Below are positions 18,698-27,660 of a stretch of DNA of 64,000 nucleotides, piece by piece. The stretch comes from Bacillota bacterium. GTDB lineage: Bacteria > Bacillota > Sulfobacillia > Sulfobacillales > JAIMBI01. The notes under the pieces were generated by a model. It was not told the origin of the DNA, did no database searches, and saw only the letters and a program-made list of their open reading frames with translations. The position numbers and the translations under genes are program-made. The first letter of the stretch is position 1, and every line of letters begins with the position of its first letter. Where the stretch lies: assembly GCA_021797815.1 (NCBI GenBank), contig JAJZYZ010000006.1, positions 9,695 through 73,694 on the forward strand. Direction: 5' to 3'.

Positions 18698-19860
18698 GCG
18701 TCTGCCTCCAGATTTCGGAAGATGACGATGCGCTGCACCTGGTTGGTCCCTTCGTAAATCTGCGTGATCTTGGCGTCACGCATCATCCGGGCGACCGGGT
18801 AGTCCTCGATGTAACCGTACCCGCCAAACAGCTGGACCGCCTCGGTGGTCACGCGCATGGCGGTGTCGGAGCACTGGAGCTTGGCCATGGCCGACAGGCG
18901 CGTAACCTCGCGGGAGGAGTCAATGGCGAAGCCTGCCTGTTCGACCACCTCCGACGCCCGGTACAGAAGCTGCCGGCTCGCCTCAATCTGGAGCGCGAGG
19001 TCCGCGAGCGTCCACTGCAGGCCCTGGAATTCGGTGAGGGCACGACCGAACTGCCGCCGCCCGCGGACATGCGCGAAGGCCAGGTCGAATGCCCCCTGCG
19101 CGATGCCGAGCGCCTGCGCCGCGATGCCGAGGCGGGTGCGATCAAGCGTCCGCATGGCAATCTTGAACCCGTCACCCTCCTGTCCGAGGAGCCGATCAGC
19201 CTCGAGGTGCACGTGGTCAAAGCGCAGTTCGGCGGTCTGAGACCCCCGGATGCCAAGTTTCTTCTCCACCCGGCCGACGCTGAAACCGGGCATGTCCTTG
19301 TCCACCACGAAGGCACTCATGGCAGCGGCCCCGGTTCGGTCCCCGGTGGCCGCAAACACGACGGTCGTGTCGGCCAGTCCGCCGTTGGTGATGAACACCT
19401 TCTGCCCGGTCAGGGAATATCCGCCGCCCGGCTCGGGCTCGGCTCGCGTCCGGGCGGCGGCCGCATCGGAGCCCGCCTCCGGCTCCGTGAGCGCAAAGGC
19501 GGCCATGTGCTCACCGGATGCTATGGGCAAAAGAAAGCGTTCCTTCTGCGCCGGAGTGCCGGCCAGCATGAGAGGCATGGCTCCCAGGTGCTGGGCCGCG
19601 ATGATGAGGCTCGAGGTGGCGCACACGCGGGCCACCTCCTCGATGGCGATGGCCAGCGTCAGTAGATCGGCGCCGCCACCCCCGTATGCTTCCGGCATCG
19701 CGAGACCCAACAGACCGTACTCTTGAAAAAGCTGGTAGACGTCAAGCGGATAGGCCCCGCTGGCGTCAATCTCCGCCGCCCGCGGCTCCACTCGCTCGTG
19801 GGCAAGCCTCCGCACGGTATCGCGAAACAGGCGCTGCTCGTCGGTCAGGTCATAACTCAT
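18694..19860 (-). CDS. acyl-CoA dehydrogenase (short/medium-chain type)
   Basis: AFALTEPEAGSDAAA, KVFITNGG, QLFGGYGYIEDYPVARMMRDAKITQIYEGTNQVQR. Confidence 0.9.
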   Translation of the reverse strand: MSYDLTDEQRLFRDTVRRLAHERVEPRAAEIDASGAYPLDVYQLFQEYGLLGLAMPEAYGGGGADLLTLAIAIEEVARVCATSSLIIAAQHLGAMPLMLAGTPAQKERFLLPIASGEHMAAFALTEPEAGSDAAAARTRAEPEPGGGYSLTGQKVFITNGGLADTTVVFAATGDRTGAAAMSAFVVDKDMPGFSVGRVEKKLGIRGSQTAELRFDHVHLEADRLLGQEGDGFKIAMRTLDRTRLGIAAQALGIAQGAFDLAFAHVRGRRQFGRALTEFQGLQWTLADLALQIEASRQLLYRASEVVEQAGFAIDSSREVTRLSAMAKLQCSDTAMRVTTEAVQLFGGYGYIEDYPVARMMRDAKITQIYEGTNQVQRIVIFRNLEADA

Positions 19861-20036
19861 GACGACTCTCCCTACATGCGGGACCGATTGGAACCATGAA
19901 AGCCCCGGGCTCCGTGGGTGCCGGGCGAACGAAACCGTCCCGGACTACCCGAATATCGAAACGGCGCGCTCTCATCCCTATCGTGGCAACACCGGCTCGG
20001 AAAGGCAATGTTGGATTCCGTCTCAGGGGATCCGGT

Positions 20037-20066
20037 TTGGCACCGGCGGCGGCGATTTTGTAGAAT
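20037..20066 (+). promoter_or_regulatory. putative sigma-A-type promoter TTGGCA-N18-TAGAAT upstream of the Lon-N-domain gene
   Basis: Hexamers read directly at 20037-20042 and 20061-20066, ~37 nt upstream of GTG 20103, inside a 242-nt divergent intergenic region. Confidence 0.4.
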
Positions 20067-20102
20067 GGATGATGACGGAAACTTTACGAAAGCGAGGATG
20101 CC

Positions 20103-20732
20103 GTGGCCGTTTCGCGCGATACCATTACGGTGCCTCTGTTCTTGTTGAACGGCGTCCTTTTTCCCGGGACCCGCCTATCGTTGCACGTGTTTGAGGACCG
20201 TTACCGGAAGATGGTGAACGACTGTCTCGACCGTGACGCGGCGTTCGGGGTGGTGGCCATCCGATCAGGTCCTGAGGTGGGCGGTCCCCAGGAGCCGCAC
20301 AATGTCGGCACCCTGGCCCGGATTGTCGAACACGAGCTTTTTGAAGACGGGCGCATGCTGATCCGGGTCGTGGGCACGGGCCGCTTCAGCCTTCTGTCTT
20401 ACCGCCAGGCTGGGAGTCTCCTGGTGGGTCAGGTGCGCTTCCAGCCAGATGTAGAGGAGCGTCCGGGGCGGGTCTTGCGCGATGAAGCCTATGCCCTGGC
20501 CTCGGAATATCAAAGTTTTCTGGTTGATGCCGACGAGGCGCGCGGGGCGGTGCCCACTGAACCGGAGGCCCTCACCTATTGGATTGCCCAGCGCCTGCCG
20601 ATGAAGCCTGCGGACCAGCAGGAGCTTTTAGAGCAACGGCAGGTAAGCGGCCGGCTGTCTTGGGAGGTCGGCTTTCTGCGCCAGCTTTTAGATGAACTCC
20701 GCCAGCCGCAACAGAATGGCGGCCTGCACTAG
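20103..20732 (+). CDS. LON N-terminal substrate-binding domain protein
   Basis: VPLFLLNGVLFPGTRLSLHVFEDRYRKMV, the opening of the Lon N-domain (PUA-like). About 200 aa with no ATPase or protease part. Confidence 0.75.
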   Translation: MAVSRDTITVPLFLLNGVLFPGTRLSLHVFEDRYRKMVNDCLDRDAAFGVVAIRSGPEVGGPQEPHNVGTLARIVEHELFEDGRMLIRVVGTGRFSLLSYRQAGSLLVGQVRFQPDVEERPGRVLRDEAYALASEYQSFLVDADEARGAVPTEPEALTYWIAQRLPMKPADQQELLEQRQVSGRLSWEVGFLRQLLDELRQPQQNGGLH

Positions 20733-20796
20733 CAAGGGGCCGGCGGCTGCGGCGCGGCAGTTGGTGGACAGGCGACACATGGAGGAGGAGCCCCGC

Positions 20797-21081
20797 ATGG
20801 CCGAGGCGTACGAGACCGATGAGAAGGATCGGGAGCTCATGGAGCGACTGGTCGACAATGCCCGCGTCCCGGTAGAGGTGCTGGCCGGTGAGCTTGAGCT
20901 CAGTCTCGCCGAAGTGGAACAGCGTATCGCGCGCCTGGAGCAGATCGGCATTATCAAGGCCTATCGCGCGGTGGTGGACCCGTATCTGTATTCCCTCTAC
21001 TTTTATGAAAACGGCCCTCTGGGACTGGGCGCCACGGCCGGCAGCCGCACCCCTAAAGGAGCTCGGGCGCCACGGCGCTAA
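20797..21081 (+). CDS. Lrp/AsnC-type helix-turn-helix protein, short form lacking most of the RAM domain
   Basis: DRELMERLVDNARVPVEVLAGELELSLAEVEQRIARLEQIGIIKAYRAVVDP. Start chosen at ATG 20797 behind GGAGGAG-N6. The track ORF starts at 20692. The 3' end overlaps the convergent gene by ~29 nt. Confidence 0.55.
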   Translation: MAEAYETDEKDRELMERLVDNARVPVEVLAGELELSLAEVEQRIARLEQIGIIKAYRAVVDPYLYSLYFYENGPLGLGATAGSRTPKGARAPRR

Positions 21082-22303
21082 GGGATTCCCACCACTCCAG
21101 CAGCAAGCCTTCGGCCCCGCGCAGGCCCCGGAGGTCATCCTGTAGCGTGCCTGCCCCATAGAGAAGCCGGGGGCCGTGCCAGCCCCACCGCACCTCGAGG
21201 CGGGCATCATACGGGCCCACGGCCGGATAGCGCACCACAAAAGCCTGTTCCGGCCAGCGGGGGTGCGCGGCCAGCCAGAAACCTTCCTCGGACCCCGGCC
21301 AGCGGATCCACCACGCCCGCCCCCCAACGCTGCGCGCCATTGGCGGCCGGGGCAGTTGACGTGACCGTTCATGGGCCGCGGCCCGCGCCCGCCAGACGTG
21401 AAACAGCTGCCCCGGCTCGCGGGGGAGCGCACCGGGATGCCAGAAACTGCGGTCGGCCCCGAGCCGGCGGACCAGGGCGCGCATTTCGACCGGGGAGAAT
21501 GCGGCCTCCCCCACGCCCGCCTGCAGATCCAGTCGGCGTGACGGCTCCCGCCCGAACGCGTGGGTCTCTTCCAGGCGGACCGGGCGTCCGAAAGCCGAAG
21601 CCGTGCGCCTCAGACGGTAGTGCCAGGAGGGCCCCAGCGCCGGGATGCGGCCCGCCGCGATCGGTCCCTCCCCTTCCCAACCGAGAAACCAGCGACGCAC
21701 CCGGGCCGGCTCGCGTGGGAGATCGAAGGCCATGGGCCGCATGTGCGCGAGGCGCACCGTCAAACGGTTCGGCGCCAGCATTTCGATGGCCGCCGCCAGA
21801 TCCGGGGCCGGCAGATCGTCGGCCACCAGGGTCCACTCGCGATACCCGCGACCATCAGTCATCTCCAGCCCGGCCGCACCCGCCGCGAGCCAGGCTTCAT
21901 GGCGCCGGTGACCCTGCAGCCACCGCACCTCTCCCTGCACTCGGCCGGGATCGCGGTAGCGAGCGGCAAGTCCGCTCCAGAACCGTGCTTCGCGGGGAGC
22001 CCGAATTTGCAGGCGGCCCGGTGCCCACCACCGTAGACGCGTCTCCACGCCGGCCCGGACATCCAGTTCCCGGAGGTCCCCGAGGCTCATCAGTGCCACC
22101 AGCGCGGGCGCATCGGCCGGGACGCGCGGCCATCCCACCTCCGCTTCCAGATCGCCGGGGAATGCGGAAAGCCAGTCGGGGATTGGTCCCGGAGCCTCGC
22201 CCCAGGCCGTGAGATGAGAGGGCCCTGAGGGCCCGGACCGAATCGTCGCCGGCCAGAAGTCCGGTTCACGCTCAAAGCGGCGGCTCCACCACATCCGGAC
22301 CAC
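21053..22303 (-). CDS. hypothetical Trp/Arg-rich protein (416 aa), no recognisable family
   Basis: Long ORF with genome-typical codon choice (GC-rich third positions; gag/ctg/cgc/ccg dominate). I count 26 Trp. GGGAGGGGAGG lies upstream of GTG 22303 / ATG 22294, and a TATAAT box sits at 22321-22326. The plus-strand ORF on the same DNA is Pro/Arg junk. Confidence 0.6.
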   Translation of the reverse strand: MVRMWWSRRFEREPDFWPATIRSGPSGPSHLTAWGEAPGPIPDWLSAFPGDLEAEVGWPRVPADAPALVALMSLGDLRELDVRAGVETRLRWWAPGRLQIRAPREARFWSGLAARYRDPGRVQGEVRWLQGHRRHEAWLAAGAAGLEMTDGRGYREWTLVADDLPAPDLAAAIEMLAPNRLTVRLAHMRPMAFDLPREPARVRRWFLGWEGEGPIAAGRIPALGPSWHYRLRRTASAFGRPVRLEETHAFGREPSRRLDLQAGVGEAAFSPVEMRALVRRLGADRSFWHPGALPREPGQLFHVWRARAAAHERSRQLPRPPMARSVGGRAWWIRWPGSEEGFWLAAHPRWPEQAFVVRYPAVGPYDARLEVRWGWHGPRLLYGAGTLQDDLRGLRGAEGLLLEWWESLSAVAPELL

Positions 22304-22320
22304 CTCCCCTCCCTGGCGCC

Positions 22321-22326
22321 ATTATA
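22321..22326 (-). promoter_or_regulatory. TATAAT -10 box immediately upstream of the Trp-rich orphan gene
   Basis: Minus strand reads CCGGTATAATGGCGCCAGGGAGGGGAGGTGGTCCGGATG. It is a perfect -10 hexamer, but I see no convincing -35. Confidence 0.35.
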
Positions 22327-22913
22327 CCGGGCCTCTGCCGGTCAGCCGGGGCGCCTCCGAAGGGCCCGGTCCGCACGGCAGAAGGCGCGGCTTGCCCGGC
22401 CTCTCCGGGCCGCAGGCGAGGAGACGGGCGTCGCGGTGCTGGGACTCCCACCACTTGACGAGCGGGGCGCCGGGTGACCCGGCGCGCGTCACGGCCGCCC
22501 GCGGACGCCACCGAGATGTTCCCGGGCAGGCGCTCTTAGGCGGCCGGAGCCCGACTCTCCCGGTGCGGCCGGGTGCGGTTTTGCCCGCTCCCTTCAGAAG
22601 GGGCGGGATGCCGAGGACAAAATGGGTCGGCGCCTACCCCCACGACCGAGCGTGGCCGCGGATGCGGTGAGGCCTACGAGAGGTCGAAGAAGAGTCACGC
22701 ACGCTCGAGCCGGCAGATTCTACAACGGGAAGGGCCGCGAACGGGCGGCTGACGACGCTCGCGGTCCGGGCACACGTGATCGGCCCGCGCGCGGCCGTGG
22801 GCCGCGCACGGGTCCTGTACTCGACGGAGCGGAAGACGACTTGCCGCTCCCAGACCCACCGCGGTGACGGGGAGGACAGCAGGCGCGCTCCGTTCCGGTC
22901 GCCGTCTCGGTGT

Positions 22914-24158
22914 CTAAAGCCGGGCGTCCCCGCCCGCCAGCGACTCATCGAGGAGCTCGATGATGTCCCGCACGACGAGTCGGCCCTCATTGCCGGTCAG
23001 CTTGACCGCATCCTCAAACAGCGACACCTCAAACGGGCAGCAGACGGCCAGCACGTCTGCATGAGTTTCCACGGCCTCGCGGACCCGCCTTACCGCCAGA
23101 CGCTCGTCCACCTGCTCGGCGACGAAGCCGCTGTTCCATACGCCCCCGCCGCCGCCTCCGCAGCAGAATCCATCCGCGCGGCAGTGGGCCATTTCGGTCA
23201 GGCGGACGCCGGGAATCGCCTCCAAGAGACGTCGAGGCGCTTCGTACTCCCCGTTGTGCCGACCGAGGTAGCAAGGATCGTGAAAGGTCACCAGCCGGTC
23301 CGGAATCGGGTTCAGTCGGAGTTCCGGGAGCCGCTCCGCCAGAAACTGCGTGTAGTGCTGCACCGGGTACGAAGCCCCGAGCTTCGGGTAGTAGTTCTTG
23401 AGGGCATTGAACGCGTGCGGGTCGGGGGTGACGAGGCGGTTGAACGTGTACTGGCCGAGGGTCGCGATGTTCTTCGCCGCCTCCTCCTCAAACAGCCCCG
23501 CCTCGCCCGCGGCGCGCTGGGAGTCGGCGATGCAGCGTTCCTCGGTCCCTAAAATAGCCCAGTCCACCCCAAGTCGGCTGAGGGTGCGCGCCATGGCCTG
23601 GGCCGCCTGCTGGCCGCGGTCGTGAAATGACCAGTAGCACTCCACATAAAACAGCACGTCGATCGGGCGGTCGAGGGCGGCCATGACGGGGACCTCCACC
23701 TGCGCCTGCCTGGTCCAGTCGGCCCGGCGACGGGCCGGGTTGCCCAGGGGATTGCCGCGCGCCACGGTATTCTCAAACGCCTTGGCCAGTTCGGGCGAGA
23801 TGCCGCTCTCCACGAGCACGGCTTCGCGGACGGCCGTGATGGTGCCGGGAATGTCGACTTCCCGCGGGCACAGACGGGCACAGTTGCCGCACGTCGTGCA
23901 GACCCACAAGATGGGGTCCGCCATCATTTCCGACTTCATCCCCCACTGTGCCATCAGCATCTGCTTTCGCGGCAGCTGCAGGTCCTCGGACGCAAAGGGA
24001 CAGACAACAGAACAGGTCCCGCACTGGTAGCAGCGCTTGAAGGAATCGCCGGCACGCTCCACCAGCTGATTGACGAACTCCAGATCGGGCATCAGATCGA
24101 TGACCGTAAGCTCTTTGCCCAAGATGCGCCGTCTCCTCTCTGCGCCTGGCGTCCACAC
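22914..24158 (-). CDS. fused HdrC/HdrB-like (HdrD-like) iron-sulfur protein, soluble; functional replacement of QmoC
   Basis: Two ferredoxin motifs CYQCGTCSVVCP and CTTCGNCARLCP, then Cys-rich CCG-type regions (VECYWSFHD...EERCIADS; FHDPCYLGRH...GFCCGGGGGG). I see no hydrophobic helix. The true start may be 24122 (TTG) or 24092 (ATG). Confidence 0.85.
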   Translation of the reverse strand: MWTPGAERRRRILGKELTVIDLMPDLEFVNQLVERAGDSFKRCYQCGTCSVVCPFASEDLQLPRKQMLMAQWGMKSEMMADPILWVCTTCGNCARLCPREVDIPGTITAVREAVLVESGISPELAKAFENTVARGNPLGNPARRRADWTRQAQVEVPVMAALDRPIDVLFYVECYWSFHDRGQQAAQAMARTLSRLGVDWAILGTEERCIADSQRAAGEAGLFEEEAAKNIATLGQYTFNRLVTPDPHAFNALKNYYPKLGASYPVQHYTQFLAERLPELRLNPIPDRLVTFHDPCYLGRHNGEYEAPRRLLEAIPGVRLTEMAHCRADGFCCGGGGGGVWNSGFVAEQVDERLAVRRVREAVETHADVLAVCCPFEVSLFEDAVKLTGNEGRLVVRDIIELLDESLAGGDARL

Positions 24159-24192
24159 GTTGGTACGGGAATCTCGCGCGCCCGGTGTGCGG

Positions 24193-26346
24193 CTAGAAAC
24201 CTTTCATCGGATTGGGGCCGACCGCGGCGATGCCGTCAGCAAACTGCTGCAGCACGGCCGGCAGGCGGTGGGCGTCCGCGATGGTGGTCTCCAGCACCTG
24301 AACCCGCTCAGACTCCAGCGCCAGTCGATCCAGCGTCTCGCGCACGTTGGTCATCCGCCGACCCAGGAGCTCGCTGCCCTGGATAAAGTGGCACTGGTAG
24401 TCGTCCCCCGCCTTACAGCCCAACAGCGCCACGCCGTCGTAGCCGTTGGCGATGGCGTCCGAAACGGTGATGCTGTTGACCGCTCCCAGACAGCGCACCG
24501 GAACGACCCGCATCGTGGCGGGATACGCCAGATGGTGGAAGCCGACCATGTCCAGCGCCGGGTAGGCATCGTTCTCGCAGGCGAAGACCAGGATTCGCAG
24601 CTGTTCCTCGTCGTCTTCCGGCATGCTGACTTGCTTGCTCATCTCGCTGAGGGCGTGCACCGAGTAGTCCGGAAACGAGATGATCTGCACGGGACAGGCG
24701 CCCATGCAGATGCCGCAGCGCCGGCATCGATTGGGATTGATCACCGGGTGATGGGCGGCGTCCAGCTCCAGGGCCCCGAAGGGGCACTCCTGCGTGCACC
24801 GCCCGCAGGCCGTGCATTTTTGCATAAAGAACTCCGGATATCCGAGGTCTCCCACCCGCGGATGGACGGCGGCCCCCTGGGCAGCCTGCTCCACCACCTG
24901 CACCGCCTTGGCGGCCGCGGCCGCACCGTCGCGACGGCTCTGGGGCAGGTCGAGCGCCCGGTGCACCACCCCGGCCGTGTAGATGCCGGTGCGCCGCGTC
25001 TCATAGGGGAAGCAGAGAAAGTGCGAGTCGGCAAATCCAAAGGGCCGGGTAGGAATTTCCCCGCCCTGCAGGTATTGAAGCGCGAGCGGTGGCTCCCCGC
25101 CGTCCGCGGTCGAATCGGGCAGCATCCCGGCCGCCAGCACGACCAGGTCGGCCGTCAGCGTCATCGGCGCCCCCATCACCGTGCCGCCGACCACCAGCGT
25201 CACGGTGTCGCTGTCGTTGGTCTCGACCGACTCAACCTGCCCGCGCACGAAAAATATGCCCGGGTCTTCCTGCAGCCGGCGATAGAATAGCTCATGATGG
25301 CCCGGTGCCTGCATGTCCTCGTACACCACAAACACCTGAGCCTCCGGATAGGCGGCCCGTACGTAGAGCGCCTGTTTGAGCGACACCATGCTGGTGACAT
25401 TGCCGGCATAGGGGGCATAATCCCGGTCCGCGCTCCGGTCGCAGGCGACGATGGCCACGCGTCGCGGCGGCTCCTGATTCGACGGCCGTCGGATACGGTC
25501 CTCGGCGCTCATCCGCTCAAAATCGAGGCTGGTTACGACGTCGGCTACCCGGCCCAGGCCATAGGCGGCCAGTTGGTCGGGACCCGCCAGGTGAAAGCCC
25601 GTCGCCATGACTACGGACCCTACGATCACCTCTTGCCGCGCGCCCCCGCTCTCGATCTCGGCCACAAACGCACCCGGCTGTCCGCTGATGCCGCGGAGGC
25701 GCGCCTGCGTTTTTACCTCGATGCGCGGATGCTCGGCAAGCTCCGCAATCCATTGGTCGAGAGCGAGCGGTTCCAGATCGTGATAGGGAGGCATCGTCGG
25801 ATACTGACGGTGGAGAAATCGGGCAAACCCGCCCAACTCCTGCTCCTTTTCCACCAGCACGACCGCATAGCCGGCGTCGGCGGCGCTGACCGCCGCGGAT
25901 AGCCCGGCGGGCCCGCCACCCACCACCAGCACGGTCTCCTCATGGGCCTTCGTAAAGGGGTGGGGCGGCTTCGCCGCCTTCTCAGACGCGAGCCCCATCT
26001 TGAGGAGATCTTCCGCCATCTGCTGCGTGGAGGAAGCGCCGGCCGGCTGACTCCAGGCCACCTGTTCGCGGAGGTTGACGCGCTGGACATGCACCGGCGT
26101 CCCGTCCTCGCGCTCAAAGCGAAAGCGGTCGCGGTTGACGCGCGGCGAGCAGGCCGCAATGACCACGCCGTCGAGCTGGTGCTCGGCCACATCGCGCTCA
26201 ATCGCGGCCAGATCCTCAAGGCAGAAGGCCCGGCCGGTCGTTACCGCGCTCGGATCGAACGCCGCCGCCGCCGCGAGTGCCCGCACATCCAGGGACTGGC
26301 CGATGCCGCATCCCTCACAGATATAGACGCCCGTCTTGCTCCCCAT
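24193..26346 (-). CDS. qmoB: quinone-interacting membrane-bound oxidoreductase complex subunit QmoB (HdrA-like flavoprotein with MvhD-like C-terminal domain)
   Basis: VLVVGGGPAGLSAAVSAADAG FAD fold, Fe-S motifs CTACGRCTQECP and CRRCGICMGACP, and a C-terminal ILVFACENDAYPALD...LLGCKAGDDYQCHF (MvhD/FlpD-like) domain. Confidence 0.9.
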   Translation of the reverse strand: MGSKTGVYICEGCGIGQSLDVRALAAAAAFDPSAVTTGRAFCLEDLAAIERDVAEHQLDGVVIAACSPRVNRDRFRFEREDGTPVHVQRVNLREQVAWSQPAGASSTQQMAEDLLKMGLASEKAAKPPHPFTKAHEETVLVVGGGPAGLSAAVSAADAGYAVVLVEKEQELGGFARFLHRQYPTMPPYHDLEPLALDQWIAELAEHPRIEVKTQARLRGISGQPGAFVAEIESGGARQEVIVGSVVMATGFHLAGPDQLAAYGLGRVADVVTSLDFERMSAEDRIRRPSNQEPPRRVAIVACDRSADRDYAPYAGNVTSMVSLKQALYVRAAYPEAQVFVVYEDMQAPGHHELFYRRLQEDPGIFFVRGQVESVETNDSDTVTLVVGGTVMGAPMTLTADLVVLAAGMLPDSTADGGEPPLALQYLQGGEIPTRPFGFADSHFLCFPYETRRTGIYTAGVVHRALDLPQSRRDGAAAAAKAVQVVEQAAQGAAVHPRVGDLGYPEFFMQKCTACGRCTQECPFGALELDAAHHPVINPNRCRRCGICMGACPVQIISFPDYSVHALSEMSKQVSMPEDDEEQLRILVFACENDAYPALDMVGFHHLAYPATMRVVPVRCLGAVNSITVSDAIANGYDGVALLGCKAGDDYQCHFIQGSELLGRRMTNVRETLDRLALESERVQVLETTIADAHRLPAVLQQFADGIAAVGPNPMKGF

Positions 26347-26350
26347 GTAT

Positions 26351-27637
26351 TCACCTCACAGTTGACTTGCGGATCGAGCGAACGGCCATCATCGCGGCCG
26401 CGGTGGCATCCATGGTAGCGGTGGCCACGTCCATCGGCTCGCGCGCGCATCCCGCTGCGTAGATGCCGCGGTCCTCCCCCGTGTCCAGGACAAACCCGTG
26501 CTCGTCAAACGCGGCCGGCATCGCCGGACGGTTTTGGGAGAGGCTTGGCTCCATGCCCGTGGCCAGCACCACCAGGTCCACCGGCACCCGGCTCATGCGT
26601 CCGGCCACCATGTCGTCCGCGACGACCGACAGGTCCCCGCTTTCGTCGTCCCACAGGATGTCGGCCACCTTCCCCTTGATCGGGTGTACGTGCGGGTCCG
26701 CCATCACCCGATCTGCAAACACCTCGTACGTGCCGGGGGTGCGCAGATCGATGTAATAGACGTACACCTCAGCATGGGGATTGCGGTCCAGGATGTAGGT
26801 GGCCTGCTTGAGGGAGCCGAGGCAGCAGATCCCCGAGCAGTACGGCAGGTGCAGACGATCACGGGAACCGGCGCACTGAATGAAGGCCACGCGGTTGACC
26901 GGGCGCCCGTCTGAGGGGCGGGCAATCTGGCCCGCCGTCGGCCCGGTGTCAGCCGCCATCCGTTCCAGCATCACGTTGGTGACGACGTTGGGGTAGTGGC
27001 CAAAGGCCAGGTTCACGATGGCGGACGCATCGTACGGCTTCCATCCGGTCGCCACCACCACCGCGCCCACCTGGAGCGAGACCGACTGAGCCTGCATCGC
27101 CAAGTCGATGGCGCCGTACGGGCACGCCGCGACGCAGCGCCCGCACGTCTCCCCGAGGCACGTCTCGTCATCAATCGCGTACTTCATGGGGTAGGCCATC
27201 TCATGGCCGATGTAGATCGCCTTGGTGGTGTCCATCCCGTAGTTGTAGGCGTTCGGGCGTTCCACCGGGCACGTGTCCACGCACTGTCCGCACGCGGTGC
27301 AGCGGTCGTTCACGTAGCGCGGCTCCACGGTCACGCGGACATCAAACGCTCCCGGCCCGCCGTCGATAGCTGACACCTCCGCGCTGGTGAACAGGTGCAC
27401 GCGCGGATTGTCACGCAGACGGCGCAGGTTTATCTCAATGCCGCACGTAGGCGGACACAGCTTTGGAAAATAGCGGGCCAGCTGCGCCACCCGTCCGCCT
27501 AGGTAAGGCGTCTTCTCAATCAGAAACACCTCATGGCCCAGCTCCGCCGCCTCCAGAGCCGCGGTGATTCCAGCAATCCCGCCGCCAATGACCAGGACGC
27601 TGTCATACCCGGAGGCGGGGGCCGTGAACGTTGCCAA
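26351..27637 (-). CDS. qmoA: QmoA (HdrA-like flavoprotein)
   Basis: YDSVLVIGGGIAGITAALEAAELGHEVFLIEK, CTACGQCVDTCP and CGRCVAACP. Start placed at TTG 27637 behind GGGAGG-N8. The track ORF start at 27850 would overlap aprA by 190 nt. Confidence 0.9.
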   Translation of the reverse strand: MATFTAPASGYDSVLVIGGGIAGITAALEAAELGHEVFLIEKTPYLGGRVAQLARYFPKLCPPTCGIEINLRRLRDNPRVHLFTSAEVSAIDGGPGAFDVRVTVEPRYVNDRCTACGQCVDTCPVERPNAYNYGMDTTKAIYIGHEMAYPMKYAIDDETCLGETCGRCVAACPYGAIDLAMQAQSVSLQVGAVVVATGWKPYDASAIVNLAFGHYPNVVTNVMLERMAADTGPTAGQIARPSDGRPVNRVAFIQCAGSRDRLHLPYCSGICCLGSLKQATYILDRNPHAEVYVYYIDLRTPGTYEVFADRVMADPHVHPIKGKVADILWDDESGDLSVVADDMVAGRMSRVPVDLVVLATGMEPSLSQNRPAMPAAFDEHGFVLDTGEDRGIYAAGCAREPMDVATATMDATAAAMMAVRSIRKSTVR

Positions 27638-27660
27638 GCGAGCCACCTCCCGTTGCGTGG

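Noticed and set aside
22584-22607. Hairpin CCCGCTCCC-N7-GGGGCGGG as a rho-independent terminator.
   Set aside because: There is no U-tract after the stem in either orientation; the T-run lies before the stem on the plus strand.
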